Origin: an uncultured Planctomycetota bacterium
GTDB taxonomy: Bacteria; Planctomycetota; Planctomycetia; Isosphaerales; Isosphaeraceae
Reading direction: 5' to 3'
DNA: 64,000 nucleotides
Assembly: GCA_963823665.1 (NCBI GenBank)
Contig: CAWGMQ010000005.1
Span: 448,001 to 512,000 of the forward strand
The notes under the pieces are model-generated. The model made no database searches and had not been told where the DNA came from. It saw only the letters and a program-made list of their open reading frames with translations. Made by a program: the position numbers and the translations under genes. Each line of letters begins with the position of its first letter. Position 1 is the first letter of the stretch. This document shows, in pieces, positions 13,497 to 22,386 of the stretch.

Positions 13497-13892
13497 ATGT
13501 TCCCCTTACGCTTCCGCCTACGATTTCTGATGATTGTCGTTATTCCGATCATTGCGATGGGAACCTGGACCTATCGAGTTCTCCCGAAATGCCCGGTCCA
13601 CGGCAGTGTCATGCGGCGAGGGAGCGTGCCGATCAATTACGGGCTAGTTATGTTCAGTGCCTCTGGACTTCAATATAGGGAGGCGAGAGCCTCGTTGTTC
13701 CCCAATTGTGACTGTGCCGTGGGGGGAGGCTGCGTTGTTCAGCCGGACCAGATCAGGCAGAAGAACATCTGTAGAACCTGCAACGCTACCCGAGCTGCCT
13801 GGCGTTTAAGTCAGACCAAACCCACTCCCACTGTCTATACGCCCTTGGCTGGTTCCACCTCCGGCAGTTCTTCGACTACCGACTCGAATTGA
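13497..13892 (+). CDS. Small membrane-anchored Cys-rich hypothetical protein (possible metal binding)
   Basis: N-terminal anchor MFPLRFRLRFLMIVVIPII, then CPVH...VPINYGL...FPNCDC..GGGCVV...CRTC. The start was moved to the ATG downstream of the repeat element. Confidence 0.65.
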   Translation: MFPLRFRLRFLMIVVIPIIAMGTWTYRVLPKCPVHGSVMRRGSVPINYGLVMFSASGLQYREARASLFPNCDCAVGGGCVVQPDQIRQKNICRTCNATRAAWRLSQTKPTPTVYTPLAGSTSGSSSTTDSN

Positions 13893-13977
13893 CGGCCAAG
13901 GATTGTCGCCGAGTATGATCAAGCTCTGAGATTCGACGGCGTGGAGCCGCTTAGGCGACCCCGAGGGACCGATCAGG

Positions 13978-14595
13978 ATGATGCTCCTACTGAAGCTCGC
14001 CGCCCTCGGCAGCATCCTGCTGGCCCTGATGAGTACGTACCCCGGCGTGCTCAACGACTTTGCCTCGATTGCGATACTTTTTTGCCCGATTTGGATTCCG
14101 GCAGTCTGCTTCGTCGGCTGGATGGCGTTGCTCAGTAACTCCCGAGCCGCTCAGAAGCCGGTAAAGCCCGAACTCCTGGCCGATGTCGAGATCGGCGGAA
14201 AATCACCTGTTTCCCACCGGCGCTGGTTCGTCGTCTCGATTGCGATCTTGATCGTCAACTTCGTTCTGATCCTGAGTGGCATCCCGACAAAGCTCGCTTT
14301 TGTTCTGTCACGGCCAGCATTCCAACGATACGCTGCCACTGCACCAGTCTCCGATTCCGATGGCGAGGCTGTGGGACGCCTCTTCGGCGTCTACTACGTA
14401 GATCTCTACGCCGCTGATCCCCGTGGCGGAGTTTACTTCCGAACCCATGCCGGGCCGGACGGGATCGGGCCGGACACGATGAGCTACGGCTTTGTCTACC
14501 GACCGAACCCGAAGGGGACGCCCTTCGGCAATTCAGGATACCGGTATTCGCACATCGTCGGGGACTGGTACTGTTTCTCGGCATCGAACGACTAG
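13978..14595 (+). CDS. Hypothetical membrane protein
   Basis: 205-aa ORF with three hydrophobic segments and an aromatic C-terminal domain (RGGVYFRT...YGFVYRP...IVGDWYC). Confidence 0.7.
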   Translation: MMLLLKLAALGSILLALMSTYPGVLNDFASIAILFCPIWIPAVCFVGWMALLSNSRAAQKPVKPELLADVEIGGKSPVSHRRWFVVSIAILIVNFVLILSGIPTKLAFVLSRPAFQRYAATAPVSDSDGEAVGRLFGVYYVDLYAADPRGGVYFRTHAGPDGIGPDTMSYGFVYRPNPKGTPFGNSGYRYSHIVGDWYCFSASND

Positions 14596-14610
14596 CAGCA
14601 AAGAAGCGGT

Positions 14611-14758
14611 GATGCCAGACATCCACCTTTTGCCGAACGTCGGACACTCGCGTTCAGCGTGTTCGAAATGACCAGAGGCCGTGGTTTTGCGCCGAAACTG
14701 CGAGGTCGCGAATGAATGGATGTGGGGGCCGTGAGACAAAGGATGGGTGTCTGGAATC
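14611..14758 (+). mobile_element. 148-bp MITE/REPIN-like element, best-conserved copy
   Basis: Left GATGCCAGACATCCACCTTTTG is near-complementary to right CAAAGGATGGGTGTCTGGAATC. It lies between convergent genes. Confidence 0.8.
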
Positions 14759-14806
14759 CACCCTTGCCGTGGGATCTCGAGTCTTTGTCGGTGAGATGGA
14801 ATCGCA

Positions 14807-15208
14807 TCAGGACTTCAGCCAGTCCTCCAAATGCAAGTTGGGAACGTTTTGAAAGTCGGCCGTGTTATGGGTCACCAGGGTCAGGTCGTGCGCGAGGGCG
14901 ACCGAGGCGATGAGCATATCGATGGGCGTCATGGTTACTCCGATGCCCTGCAAGCTGACCCTGAGCAGACCAAACTGTTCCGCACTGGCCTCATCGAAGC
15001 CCATCACTTCGACATCGTAGTCCAAGAAGGTCGTGATGGCGGACAGGAACTCGCGAGGATCGGGGCGCATGTAGGCCCACACGTAGAGCTCCGCCATGAC
15101 CAGGGTTGGGACGAAAATCCGGCCCGTGTACTGAACGAACCGATGCATCAGGCCAGCTGGTCGGCGAATGGGGGCCGAGCAAATGTCGGTGTCAAGCAAG
15201 AAGGTCAT
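14807..15208 (-). CDS. vapC: VapC-family PIN-domain toxin
   Basis: FLLDTDIC...MAELYVW...DMLIASVALAHDLTLVTHNTADF...LEDW PIN signature. Confidence 0.92.
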   Translation of the reverse strand: MTFLLDTDICSAPIRRPAGLMHRFVQYTGRIFVPTLVMAELYVWAYMRPDPREFLSAITTFLDYDVEVMGFDEASAEQFGLLRVSLQGIGVTMTPIDMLIASVALAHDLTLVTHNTADFQNVPNLHLEDWLKS

Positions 15209-15459
15209 TCGGGGAGCTCACGGAATACGCCTTGTTTTCGTTCCAGGATGATTTTCTCCAGTTCAAGATCGACCTCGGGCGGTAGATGGGCAAGCATCCC
15301 CGCCGCCGTTGGTCGCTGGCCAGGGCGTGACGCAATTGCGCCTGGCGCAGCCCGGCGTGGCCGCAGGATCACGTCGATTTCCTCGCCGTCTGAAAGTCCC
15401 GGATTCTCCTTGAGCTCGATCGTATTACCACGAATGACTCCCTGAATAATGTGAGACAT
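15205..15459 (-). CDS. Putative antitoxin partner of VapC
   Basis: 84 aa, overlaps the vapC start by 4 nt. N-terminal IQGVIRGNTIELKENPGLSDGEEIDVIL resembles AbrB/DUF104-like antitoxins. Confidence 0.75.
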   Translation of the reverse strand: MSHIIQGVIRGNTIELKENPGLSDGEEIDVILRPRRAAPGAIASRPGQRPTAAGMLAHLPPEVDLELEKIILERKQGVFRELPE

Positions 15460-15642
15460 ATTCCAGTGACTCCTTGGTTCCAGCGGAAAGTTGATTCAGG
15501 TAATTCCAGCCACTTCGAGGCTTTGCGTTCAATGTGAATCCGCTCCGCGTTGCTAACGTCTTTTCGTCATTGCATGCCCCCGTTTGGGTTGTTGGTGAAT
15601 CTTCTTCATGATTGTATCCCATTCGGGGTCGTCAGCGAGGGC

Positions 15643-15747
15643 GCCGGATGAACCATCCGCAGATAATAGTGGCCCCGCAGTTTTTCCGTGAGCTTTTGGT
15701 ATTGCTCCTTGACCGGAACGTGCCGGTTCTTACGACACCATTCCGAC
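15643..15747 (-). pseudogene. Second group II intron maturase fragment
   Basis: 15666-15747 matches 10799-10880 (82 bp, 2 mismatches). It is joined to LRMVHP, which resembles a maturase C-terminus. Confidence 0.7.
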
Positions 15748-16045
15748 GTCACGGAGAAGGCTGAGAGCGGCTTGTACCAGTCGGCCAGCGAGGTCATCCG
15801 CGATGGGCTCAGGCTGATGAGGGAACGGGATGAGTTGCACCAAAGCAGGGTGGCCGAGCTTCGCCGAGACATCGCCATAGGCATTGACCAAGCCGAACGT
15901 GGGCAGGTGCAGCCTTTCAACGAGGAAGTCACAGCCCGCGTCAAGGCACGCGGGCGGAAACGCCTGGCCGCCAAAGACAGATCGGACTCGGTATGAATGA
16001 GCCGAGGCTCACCGAGCAAGCGGAGGCCTAGACGAGCATAGAATG
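15748..16045 (+). pseudogene. ParD-like (RHH) antitoxin lacking its N-terminus, followed by a ParE-like toxin stub
   Basis: SGLYQSASEVIRDGLRLM...LRRDIAIGIDQAERG, stop at 15996. An overlapping ATG at 15993 gives MNEPRLTEQAEA and then a stop, resembling the ParE N-terminus (xLTxxAExDLxE). Confidence 0.7.
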
Positions 16046-16097
16046 ACTTCGCAGTTCTTTCTGAGAGGCCGAGCGAGGCGGGTGCCGGGACGAGGCG

Positions 16098-16146
16098 GAG
16101 ACCGGGACGCGATCAGTGAATGCAAAACTGTCCGCGTCCCGGTTTC
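16098..16146. repeat. Intergenic inverted repeat (14-bp arms, 1 mismatch)
   Basis: GAGACCGGGACGCG ... CGCGTCCCGGTTTC. Confidence 0.6.
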
Positions 16147-16274
16147 ACTCCCCCCGAAATTTCTGACGGCTGCAGACGATTCCAACGTATACTGAGGCAA
16201 GGCGGACACGCTGGTCCTTTCCGACCCTACCAAGATCATGCGCCATCCCGCGATGCGGAGCAAAGAAGGCAGCC

Positions 16275-16487
16275 ATGTCGACCGCTGAGATCATCCGTGC
16301 GGTTCGCGCACTCTCTCGCACCGAGAAATTCCAGATCGGGCAGACGTTGCTCGATGACCTGGCCAAAGAGGAACTGTCGGCGGCGGTCTTGGAAGGCCAT
16401 GTCTTTCCGATCTACACACCAGAATACGCCCCCGATGCCGCGGCCCAACTGGCCAAGGCCCTCACGGAGGAAGGGACCGGCCCTTGA
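16275..16487 (+). CDS. Small hypothetical protein, antitoxin-like partner of the downstream gene
   Basis: 70-aa ORF with an RBS-like GAAGG upstream. Its stop overlaps the next start (TTGA). Confidence 0.65.
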   Translation: MSTAEIIRAVRALSRTEKFQIGQTLLDDLAKEELSAAVLEGHVFPIYTPEYAPDAAAQLAKALTEEGTGP

Positions 16488-16710
16488 GCGTTGTCGAGCA
16501 GTTTCCGTACTGCGACAGGAACCCATCCTCCGGCGGGCTTTAGCAGTCGGGCAACTGTCGCCTGCGCGCTTCGCGCTAGCATGGGCCGATTCGGATCAGG
16601 TTCCGTTTCTTCTCGGACAATTCAACTTCTTCCAGGTGTTCGATGTCTGTTTTTTCCGCACGCGGAAAATGTTCGAGATCAGGCAACCGGGCGCGGCGAT
16701 TTCACCGTGA
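16484..16710 (+). pseudogene. Internally deleted retropepsin/aspartyl-protease-like gene
   Basis: N-terminus MSVVEQFPYCDRNP is joined out of frame to C-terminus LAWADSDQVPFLLGQFNFFQVFDVCFFR. The expected central D(T/S)G region is absent. The family call is from memory of the motif. Confidence 0.5.
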
Positions 16711-16738
16711 ACATTAATGGCTGGCAGAGCGATGGAAT

Positions 16739-16856
16739 GTCGGGCACTCGCCTTCTGCGCGTTCGAAATGACCAGAGGCCGTGGTTTTGCGCCCAAAGTG
16801 CGAGTCGCGAATGAATGGATGCGCGGGCAATGACAAAAGGATGGGTATCTGGATTC
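16739..16856 (+). mobile_element. Left-truncated copy of the 148-bp element
   Basis: GTCGGGCACTCG...GTTCGAAATGACCAGAGGCCGTGGTTTTGCGCC...AAAGGATGGGTATCTGGATTC. Confidence 0.75.
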
Positions 16857-16876
16857 CTCGTTCTTGCGGTTTGTGC

Positions 16877-16907
16877 TTGACTTATTATCCCAAAAAAGGG
16901 ATATTCT
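16877..16907 (+). promoter_or_regulatory. Putative promoter with palindromic operator for the higBA-like operon
   Basis: TTGACT at 16877 and the palindrome TATCCC-AAAAAA-GGGATA (16886-16903) lie directly before the toxin ATG, as expected for TA autorepression. Confidence 0.55.
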
Positions 16908-16911
16908 GCCG

Positions 16912-17322
16912 ATGGACGACCAGCCAGACTTCACGGACGACGAAACGGAAAAACCGAAGCCCAAACCGCTGAGGTGGATTGGGTCGTCAAAAGGCGACCT
17001 AAAGAGCTTTCCAGATGCAGTCCGCAAGCCTATGGGGCATGCCCTGTACCTGGCACAGATCAACCTGAAACCACCGAACGCCAAGCCGCTGCGGGGATTC
17101 GGCGGGGCGAGCACGCTGGAAGTCATTGAGGATCACGACGGCAGCACCTACCGGGCCGTCTATACGGTGAAGTTTCAAGACGTCGTATACGTGCTGCACG
17201 CCTTTCAAAAGAAATCCAAGAAAGGCATCGCCACGCCGCCGCACGACATTGAGTTGATCAAGAAGCGGTTGAGAGCGGCCGCCGAGCAGTACGCGAAACA
17301 GCAGAAGGATAAGAAGCCATGA
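16912..17322 (+). CDS. RelE/HigB-family (Gp49-like) toxin
   Basis: KPLRWIGSSKGDLKSFP...AKPLRGFGGASTLEV...YRAVYTVKF..VYVLHAFQKKSKKGIATP. Toxin-first gene order. Confidence 0.9.
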   Translation: MDDQPDFTDDETEKPKPKPLRWIGSSKGDLKSFPDAVRKPMGHALYLAQINLKPPNAKPLRGFGGASTLEVIEDHDGSTYRAVYTVKFQDVVYVLHAFQKKSKKGIATPPHDIELIKKRLRAAAEQYAKQQKDKKP

Positions 17323-17645
17323 GTAACGACACCACCATCCATGACGGCAGCGGCAACGTGTTCGCCGACCTCGGCATCAAGAATGCCGATGAGTATATGG
17401 CCAAATCCGAGCTGGCCGCCGAAATCCTGCGGATCGTCCAGCGCCGGCGTCTGACGCAGGCCGAAGCCGCCAAGCTGCTGGGCATCCGGCAGCCCAAGGT
17501 ATCCGATTTGCTTCGCGGCCGCCTCGACGGGTTTTCTACCGACCGGCTGCTTCGCTTCATTACCCGCCTGGGCTACGACGTGCAGATCAAGTTGTCCAAG
17601 GCACGCCCTCATACGCAGGGCCACATGGAAATCATCGCCGGCTAA
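17319..17645 (+). CDS. XRE/HigA-like HTH antitoxin
   Basis: GSGNVFADLG...LTQAEAAKLLGIRQPKVSDLLRGRLDGFSTDRL; ATGA overlap with the toxin. Confidence 0.9.
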   Translation: MSNDTTIHDGSGNVFADLGIKNADEYMAKSELAAEILRIVQRRRLTQAEAAKLLGIRQPKVSDLLRGRLDGFSTDRLLRFITRLGYDVQIKLSKARPHTQGHMEIIAG

Positions 17646-17748
17646 ATCCATGCGGCCGGTAGCGGGTCGCTCAAGGCGACGTGCTCCGCCCCTCAGTGGC
17701 GAAGCCCACATGTTTATGCGTTTTTTTCTACGAGTGAAAGGAGAGACG

Positions 17749-17773
17749 TACTTTCGCGGAGCGAAAGGCGACA
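17749..17773 (-). repeat. REP-like hairpin GTCGCCTTTCGC-TCC-GCGAAAG (intact copy)
   Basis: Palindromic stem CTTTCGC/GCGAAAG. Related copies lie at 50261-50286 and, split by an IS, at 54055-54070 plus 55714-55726. Confidence 0.7.
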
Positions 17774-17799
17774 CTGAAAGTCAGCGCGATACTGATGGT

Positions 17800-17920
17800 C
17801 CTCACCGCGGCGGACGGCGACGGTTTCGTTGCTGATGCCTTCATCCGTGAATTTGAAGTGGCGCGCGGGCGCGGTGAATGGGGAGTTCAGAATCGGGTTT
17901 TCGATCAGTGCGTCGGGCGT
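17800..17920 (-). pseudogene. N-terminal remnant of a type III restriction (Res)-like helicase/endonuclease
   Basis: PDALIENPILNSPFTAPARHFKFTDEGISNETVAVRR matches the NPILNSPF..P.RH N-terminus as recalled for this family. The start codon appears as ACG. Confidence 0.55.
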
Positions 17921-18248
17921 CGGGCAACCCTTGACGATCGTTGGAACGGAGCGGCGGGCTTCGCCGGCTCGGGAGTTTCTGCTCCGTGCGGAGAGCGGGA
18001 ACTCTATACTATCGAAGGCGGCGATCTCTATTCCTTTGTCCACTTCCGTCAGGAATTGTTCGGTCGTGAGTGCTCAACGGGCATCGCTGATGGGAGTTGT
18101 CCGGCGTTGTCAAGGCGGGCTGCGGTGGTTCATTCTTGCCCCGTACCGCGAGACCTTGAGATCGATGCGATGGCGCATCGGGTGGTTGTGCGATCGTCGG
18201 AATCGGAGCCGAATTGCTGGGTTCCGTATTTTGAGTAACAGGATTATT

Positions 18249-18277
18249 TTGCCTTCGAGGCATATATGTTCTATATT
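18249..18277 (+). promoter_or_regulatory. Sigma70-type promoter of NAIKHGL unit A
   Basis: TTGCCT-N17-TATATT. Both hexamers and the spacing are identical in unit B (52886-52914, minus strand) although the spacer has diverged. Confidence 0.75.
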
Positions 18278-18534
18278 ATGGAGTTATTCTGGACGACCAG
18301 GGATGCTGCGTCGATCGGCCCGAGTGTTCGTGCCTCGGCGGGGCGTCGGTGGGTAAACTTCCCCAGCGGAGGCGAAATGGTTAACGAAGGCACGTTTTAA
18401 GGTCACACCCGCGATGGACGTAATGCTATATGGGATAGTCTGTTGAACCGACACTATGGGGAGAGTCGACGGAGCGTATGCGCTCGAACGGTCTCGAGGT
18501 GTGTTCGTGCGTTTGAAGCTGGTCCGGGGAAATC

Positions 18535-18697
18535 GTCAGGCTGAAGCCTGACCTACTTGGGAGGCGTGATCATTGCGTTTTCGGGAGATCGATATCTGGG
18601 GAATTGTCAGGCTAAAGCCTGACCTACTTCGGAGCGGCATTCTTGCGTTTTCGGGGGACGGGCATCAGAGGAATTGTCAGGCTGAAGCCTGTCCTAC
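18535..18697 (-). repeat. Three tandem GTAG-family REP palindromes (~70-bp period)
   Basis: GTCAGGCT(G/A)AAGCCTG(A/T)CCTAC at 18535, 18606 and 18676; the reverse complement begins with GTAG. Confidence 0.8.
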
Positions 18698-18748
18698 TTC
18701 GGTGGAATTGGTGGGCTTTCGCGCCACAGACAGGGTCAAGGTGATGCG

Positions 18749-21700
18749 ATGGGTGTGCAACAGGGTGCGGCGGTTGCTGGAATGAATGATCAGCGGGCTT
18801 CGAGCTACAATGTCTCACGCTACAATGCGATTAAACATGGGCTCACGGCGAAGACGCCGGTCTTGCCTGGTGAAGATCCGGCGGAGCTTCAGGCGAAGAT
18901 CAACGCGTATAAAACGGGTCAGCAGACTCGAACTGAAGCCGAGGGGGATCTGGCCACGCTGGCGGCGATGGCTTACTGGCGGGCCATGCGGGCGAATCGT
19001 CTCGAAGTTAATCGCATGACGGGCGCCATGGTGGCGCGATCGCGGGCGGAGGCGGTGCGCGAGACAACGGACGCGGAGGCGCTCGGGGACCGCTTGCTCT
19101 TTGACCGCAGGGGGCCGTCGCAACTCTATCCGTCGCGGGACTATGAGCACAAGGAGCCCCGAACCTCGTCGTCGGGGGAGCCCGGTGACCCTGATAAGCC
19201 GGTCATTTTGGTCCGCCAGCTCGAGGCGACTCGCGCCGGGCGGCAATGGCTGCGAGAGCGGCTGGGCGAAGTGCGGGAGCCGATCGATTCGGGAGAGGGG
19301 TGGGTGTCGTGCGAGAAATTCAAAGCTATCCGGTTGCTGGGCAAGCAGCCGCTTGATGCGCTTTGGGATTCAGAGGTCGCCCGGCTGTTCCTCGCGAGCT
19401 ACGCCATCCGGCGGGACTTGCCGTCGGCCTTCCATGAGCTTCGGTGCGAGATCCACTATGATCGCGTCAAGCGTCATGAGAGCCAGCTTTCGCGCAAGGA
19501 GCAACGCGCGATCACGCCGCCGAATGCGGCGGCCGCACGGGACGTGCTGCTTGCGATCATTGACCAGGCGATTGAGCGGCTGTGGAAGCTCGACGCCGAG
19601 TACGCGGAGGGCGACGAGATTCTCGAGCTGACCGGGTCCAACGTGGTGAGCGATGCGGAGGCGAAGCACGTCGCGCAGGTTCAGCGCCATCTGGAGAGCT
19701 CGAACCGGCTGGCGATTCGGAACCTCGACACCATCAAGAGATGGCACCGCTGGGAAGAGGAAGGGTGGTACAAGGTTCGCCGGGATCGAGAACGGAGAAA
19801 GGAGGAAGCGCGACGCGGGCGTCCGCTCGATCAGCGGTTTGTGCTCGACCAGCATGGGACCGTTCGCGATGCCTGGGGATATGAAGGCGACCTCGAGGCG
19901 GGGCTGGCTCGCTGGAAGGCGGAGCGCGGGCCCCAACCTTGTGAGGATCCGTATTACCGTGCGCCTGGCGCTGGCGGCGGGAGCTATGCGGGTGGCACGC
20001 CGAATGACGTGAGCGCGAAGCCTGCACACTCGCAGATCCAGGGCCAAACGGAAGCGATCACCGATGGGGCGTGCGAGACGGCCGCGCGGAATGGCAATGC
20101 TCAGGGAGCGCCGGGGACTCGCCGGCCGGATGCGGTTGCCGATGATGTTGCGGTGAATCAGGACGCCGACTCCGCGGCGGAAATGCGGGATGGGGCCGCG
20201 GATTCGGGGCAGGCTGGGGTGAGCGATTTCGTTCCCGTAATCCTTACGGGACATGGGCCCGCGACGAATATACAAAACGAAATCGACGGACTGGGGATGG
20301 ATGACGATGGGGTGCTGGAGGAGGCGGGTGATGGCGTGGTCGGCGGTGATGCGTCGGGTGCGCGTGAGGCAGGGCGAACTGGGGAGGACGATGGCGGGAC
20401 CTGCGCTTGTGCAGACGGCTGGGGGCAAGAGGAGACCTACGGTCGCGCGGACGGAGGGGTCAGAGACCCGCGCCGAACTGAGAGTGGGGACGGCGAGGGG
20501 AAAGAGGAGACCTGCGGTCCAACGGACGGCGGCGACCCTTCGGGTGCCCGAGACCCGCGCCGAACTTGGGAGGGCGCCGCGGCCGGGGCGGAAATCGGGG
20601 ATGGGGCCGCGGATTTGGGGCAAGCTGGGCCGAGCGATTTCGTTCCCTTAACCCTTACAGAACAAGAGCCCGCGACGAATATACAAAACGAAATCGACGG
20701 GCTGGGGATGAATGACGATGGGGTGCTGGAGGAGGCGGGTGATCGCGTGGTCGGCGGTGATGCGTCGGGTGCGCGTGAGGCAGGGCGAACTGGGGAGGAC
20801 GATGGCGGGACCTGCGCTTGTGCAGACGGCTGGGGGCAAGAGGAGACCTACGGTCGCGCGGACGGAGGGGTCAGAGACCCGCGCCGAACTGAGAGTGGGG
20901 ACGGCGAGGGGAAAGAGGAGACCTGCGGTCCAACGGACGGCGGCGACCCTTCGGGTGCCCGAGACCCGCGCCGAACTTGGGAGGGCGCCGCGGCCGGGGC
21001 GGAAATCGGGGATGGGGCCGCGGATTTGGGGCAAGCTGGGCCGAGCGATTTCGTTCCCTTAACCCTTACAGAACAAGAGCCCGCGACGAATATACAAAAC
21101 GAAATCGACGGGCTGGGGATGGATGACGGTGGGGTGGCGGAGGAAGCGGGTGATCGCGCGGTTGGAAGGGAGGATTTGGGTGCGGGTGAGGCGGATTGCG
21201 ATTTGCACAACTCGGCGTTTTCTGTTGCGCAACCGTATTGTGATGGCGGCCGCCGGGACGGACCCCCCCTGGCCCCCCCTTTTCAAGGGGGGGAAAGCTG
21301 GCGCAACATTCCCGCTGGGAAATCTCCGCTCCGTCCAGTGCATATTTTCAACAGCCCAGCCGGAGACTCGCGTCGAACGGTGAGCGATTTCGTTCCCTTA
21401 ACCCTAACGGGACAAGAGCCCGCGACGAATATACAAAACGAAATTGTGGGCGAGGAAATCGGGCCGGCATTTCGCGAATCGCAGGCCGAGGTGGCGGGGG
21501 ACGGGGACCGTGATGCAAGCGAAACAAGCCCGCAGACGAAGGGCGGTGGCGACGATCCACCGGCTTCTTCGGGAGAGAAGCGTTGTGTTGAGCCGCGGCG
21601 CGTGAGCGAACCGCTTTCGAAGCGGGAGAGACGGCGGCGGCGACGGGAAATGTCGATCAAGGAGCGTCAGGGGCGGCGCGGGGCGATGCAGAGGAAAGCC

Positions 21701-21760
21701 GATGCGCCGCTTGAAGAGGTGCTCGATCGTGTTGAGGGCCCGTTGCAATCGTCAGGCTGA
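18749..21760 (+). CDS. Uncharacterised 'NAIKHGL' protein, copy A, with a repetitive acidic/Gly-rich C-terminal half
   Basis: 1003-aa ORF with SRYNAIKHGLTAKTPVLPGEDPAEL, collinear paralogy with 50343-52716, and its own promoter. Confidence 0.8.
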   Translation: MGVQQGAAVAGMNDQRASSYNVSRYNAIKHGLTAKTPVLPGEDPAELQAKINAYKTGQQTRTEAEGDLATLAAMAYWRAMRANRLEVNRMTGAMVARSRAEAVRETTDAEALGDRLLFDRRGPSQLYPSRDYEHKEPRTSSSGEPGDPDKPVILVRQLEATRAGRQWLRERLGEVREPIDSGEGWVSCEKFKAIRLLGKQPLDALWDSEVARLFLASYAIRRDLPSAFHELRCEIHYDRVKRHESQLSRKEQRAITPPNAAAARDVLLAIIDQAIERLWKLDAEYAEGDEILELTGSNVVSDAEAKHVAQVQRHLESSNRLAIRNLDTIKRWHRWEEEGWYKVRRDRERRKEEARRGRPLDQRFVLDQHGTVRDAWGYEGDLEAGLARWKAERGPQPCEDPYYRAPGAGGGSYAGGTPNDVSAKPAHSQIQGQTEAITDGACETAARNGNAQGAPGTRRPDAVADDVAVNQDADSAAEMRDGAADSGQAGVSDFVPVILTGHGPATNIQNEIDGLGMDDDGVLEEAGDGVVGGDASGAREAGRTGEDDGGTCACADGWGQEETYGRADGGVRDPRRTESGDGEGKEETCGPTDGGDPSGARDPRRTWEGAAAGAEIGDGAADLGQAGPSDFVPLTLTEQEPATNIQNEIDGLGMNDDGVLEEAGDRVVGGDASGAREAGRTGEDDGGTCACADGWGQEETYGRADGGVRDPRRTESGDGEGKEETCGPTDGGDPSGARDPRRTWEGAAAGAEIGDGAADLGQAGPSDFVPLTLTEQEPATNIQNEIDGLGMDDGGVAEEAGDRAVGREDLGAGEADCDLHNSAFSVAQPYCDGGRRDGPPLAPPFQGGESWRNIPAGKSPLRPVHIFNSPAGDSRRTVSDFVPLTLTGQEPATNIQNEIVGEEIGPAFRESQAEVAGDGDRDASETSPQTKGGGDDPPASSGEKRCVEPRRVSEPLSKRERRRRRREMSIKERQGRRGAMQRKADAPLEEVLDRVEGPLQSSG
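20224..21170 (+). repeat. 411-bp (137-codon) near-perfect tandem duplication plus a partial third unit
   Basis: Units start at 20224, 20635 and 21046 (DFVP..L...PATNIQNEIDGLGM). Confidence 0.9.
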
Positions 21761-21830
21761 TGCCTGGAGACCGGAGGCCGAGATCGCGCTGGATGGGGCG
21801 GCGAGTCGATACACGCTCGAGATTCAGAAT

Positions 21831-22039
21831 TCAACGAGACGGCTTGCGCGGCGATCGGTTTCGGTCCTCTCGGACCGAGAGGTAAGCGCAGAGTGCGACG
21901 ATGATGATCTGGGGTGTCATGACAATTGCGGCGGCGAAGATGAGGGGCGCGAAGGCGCGGCGTTGATGGCGATGCCGAGCAGCAAGCCGAGGATCGCAAC
22001 GAGGATCATCAGGTCTCGGATTGTTTTGGGGGATTTCAA
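21831..22039 (-). CDS. Possible small membrane protein (frameshifted)
   Basis: LKSPKTIRDLMILVAILGLLLGIAI joins in another frame to LIFAAAIVMTPQIIIVALCAYLSV. Confidence 0.35.
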
Positions 22040-22386
22040 GCGGTGGCCCCTGGACCGAGCGCAATCGCTATCATCGCCGTTAATGACATGAATCGTTTGA
22101 ACGTTTTGAACGGGCGGATCGGGACCCACGGCAAGAATCCTCGACTGGGCATGCGATGTTCGGGCGATGGCGCCTCGCGATCGCCGGCCGGTTGATTCGT
22201 GCGTTTCCAGACGCATTATCCACCTTGATTGTAGCCGTTTCCGTTTGCGCCACCATTGGCGAGAAAGGTTGAAGCTGGTGGTGTGGGGATTGTCTATAAT
22301 CGACCAACGCGTGAATCGTGGCGAACGATGGCGGATGGTCCGCGATGAAAATGGTCAGCAGTGGCGGACCTCATAGGAGCTGATTC

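Noticed and set aside
10799..15747. RT fragment plus an 82-bp repeat pair as a diversity-generating retroelement (TR/VR)
   Set aside because: The repeat is itself maturase coding sequence, it has only two mismatches that are not both at adenines, and no intact RT is present.
10944..16856. Classical integron with attC sites
   Set aside because: The repeats lack RYYYAAC/GTTRRRY boxes, the genes lie in both orientations, and there is no integron integrase in the window.
18535..21446. REP triplet or 62-bp motif array as a CRISPR array
   Set aside because: Spacers are similar to each other or hundreds of bp long, copy numbers are low, and no cas genes are present.
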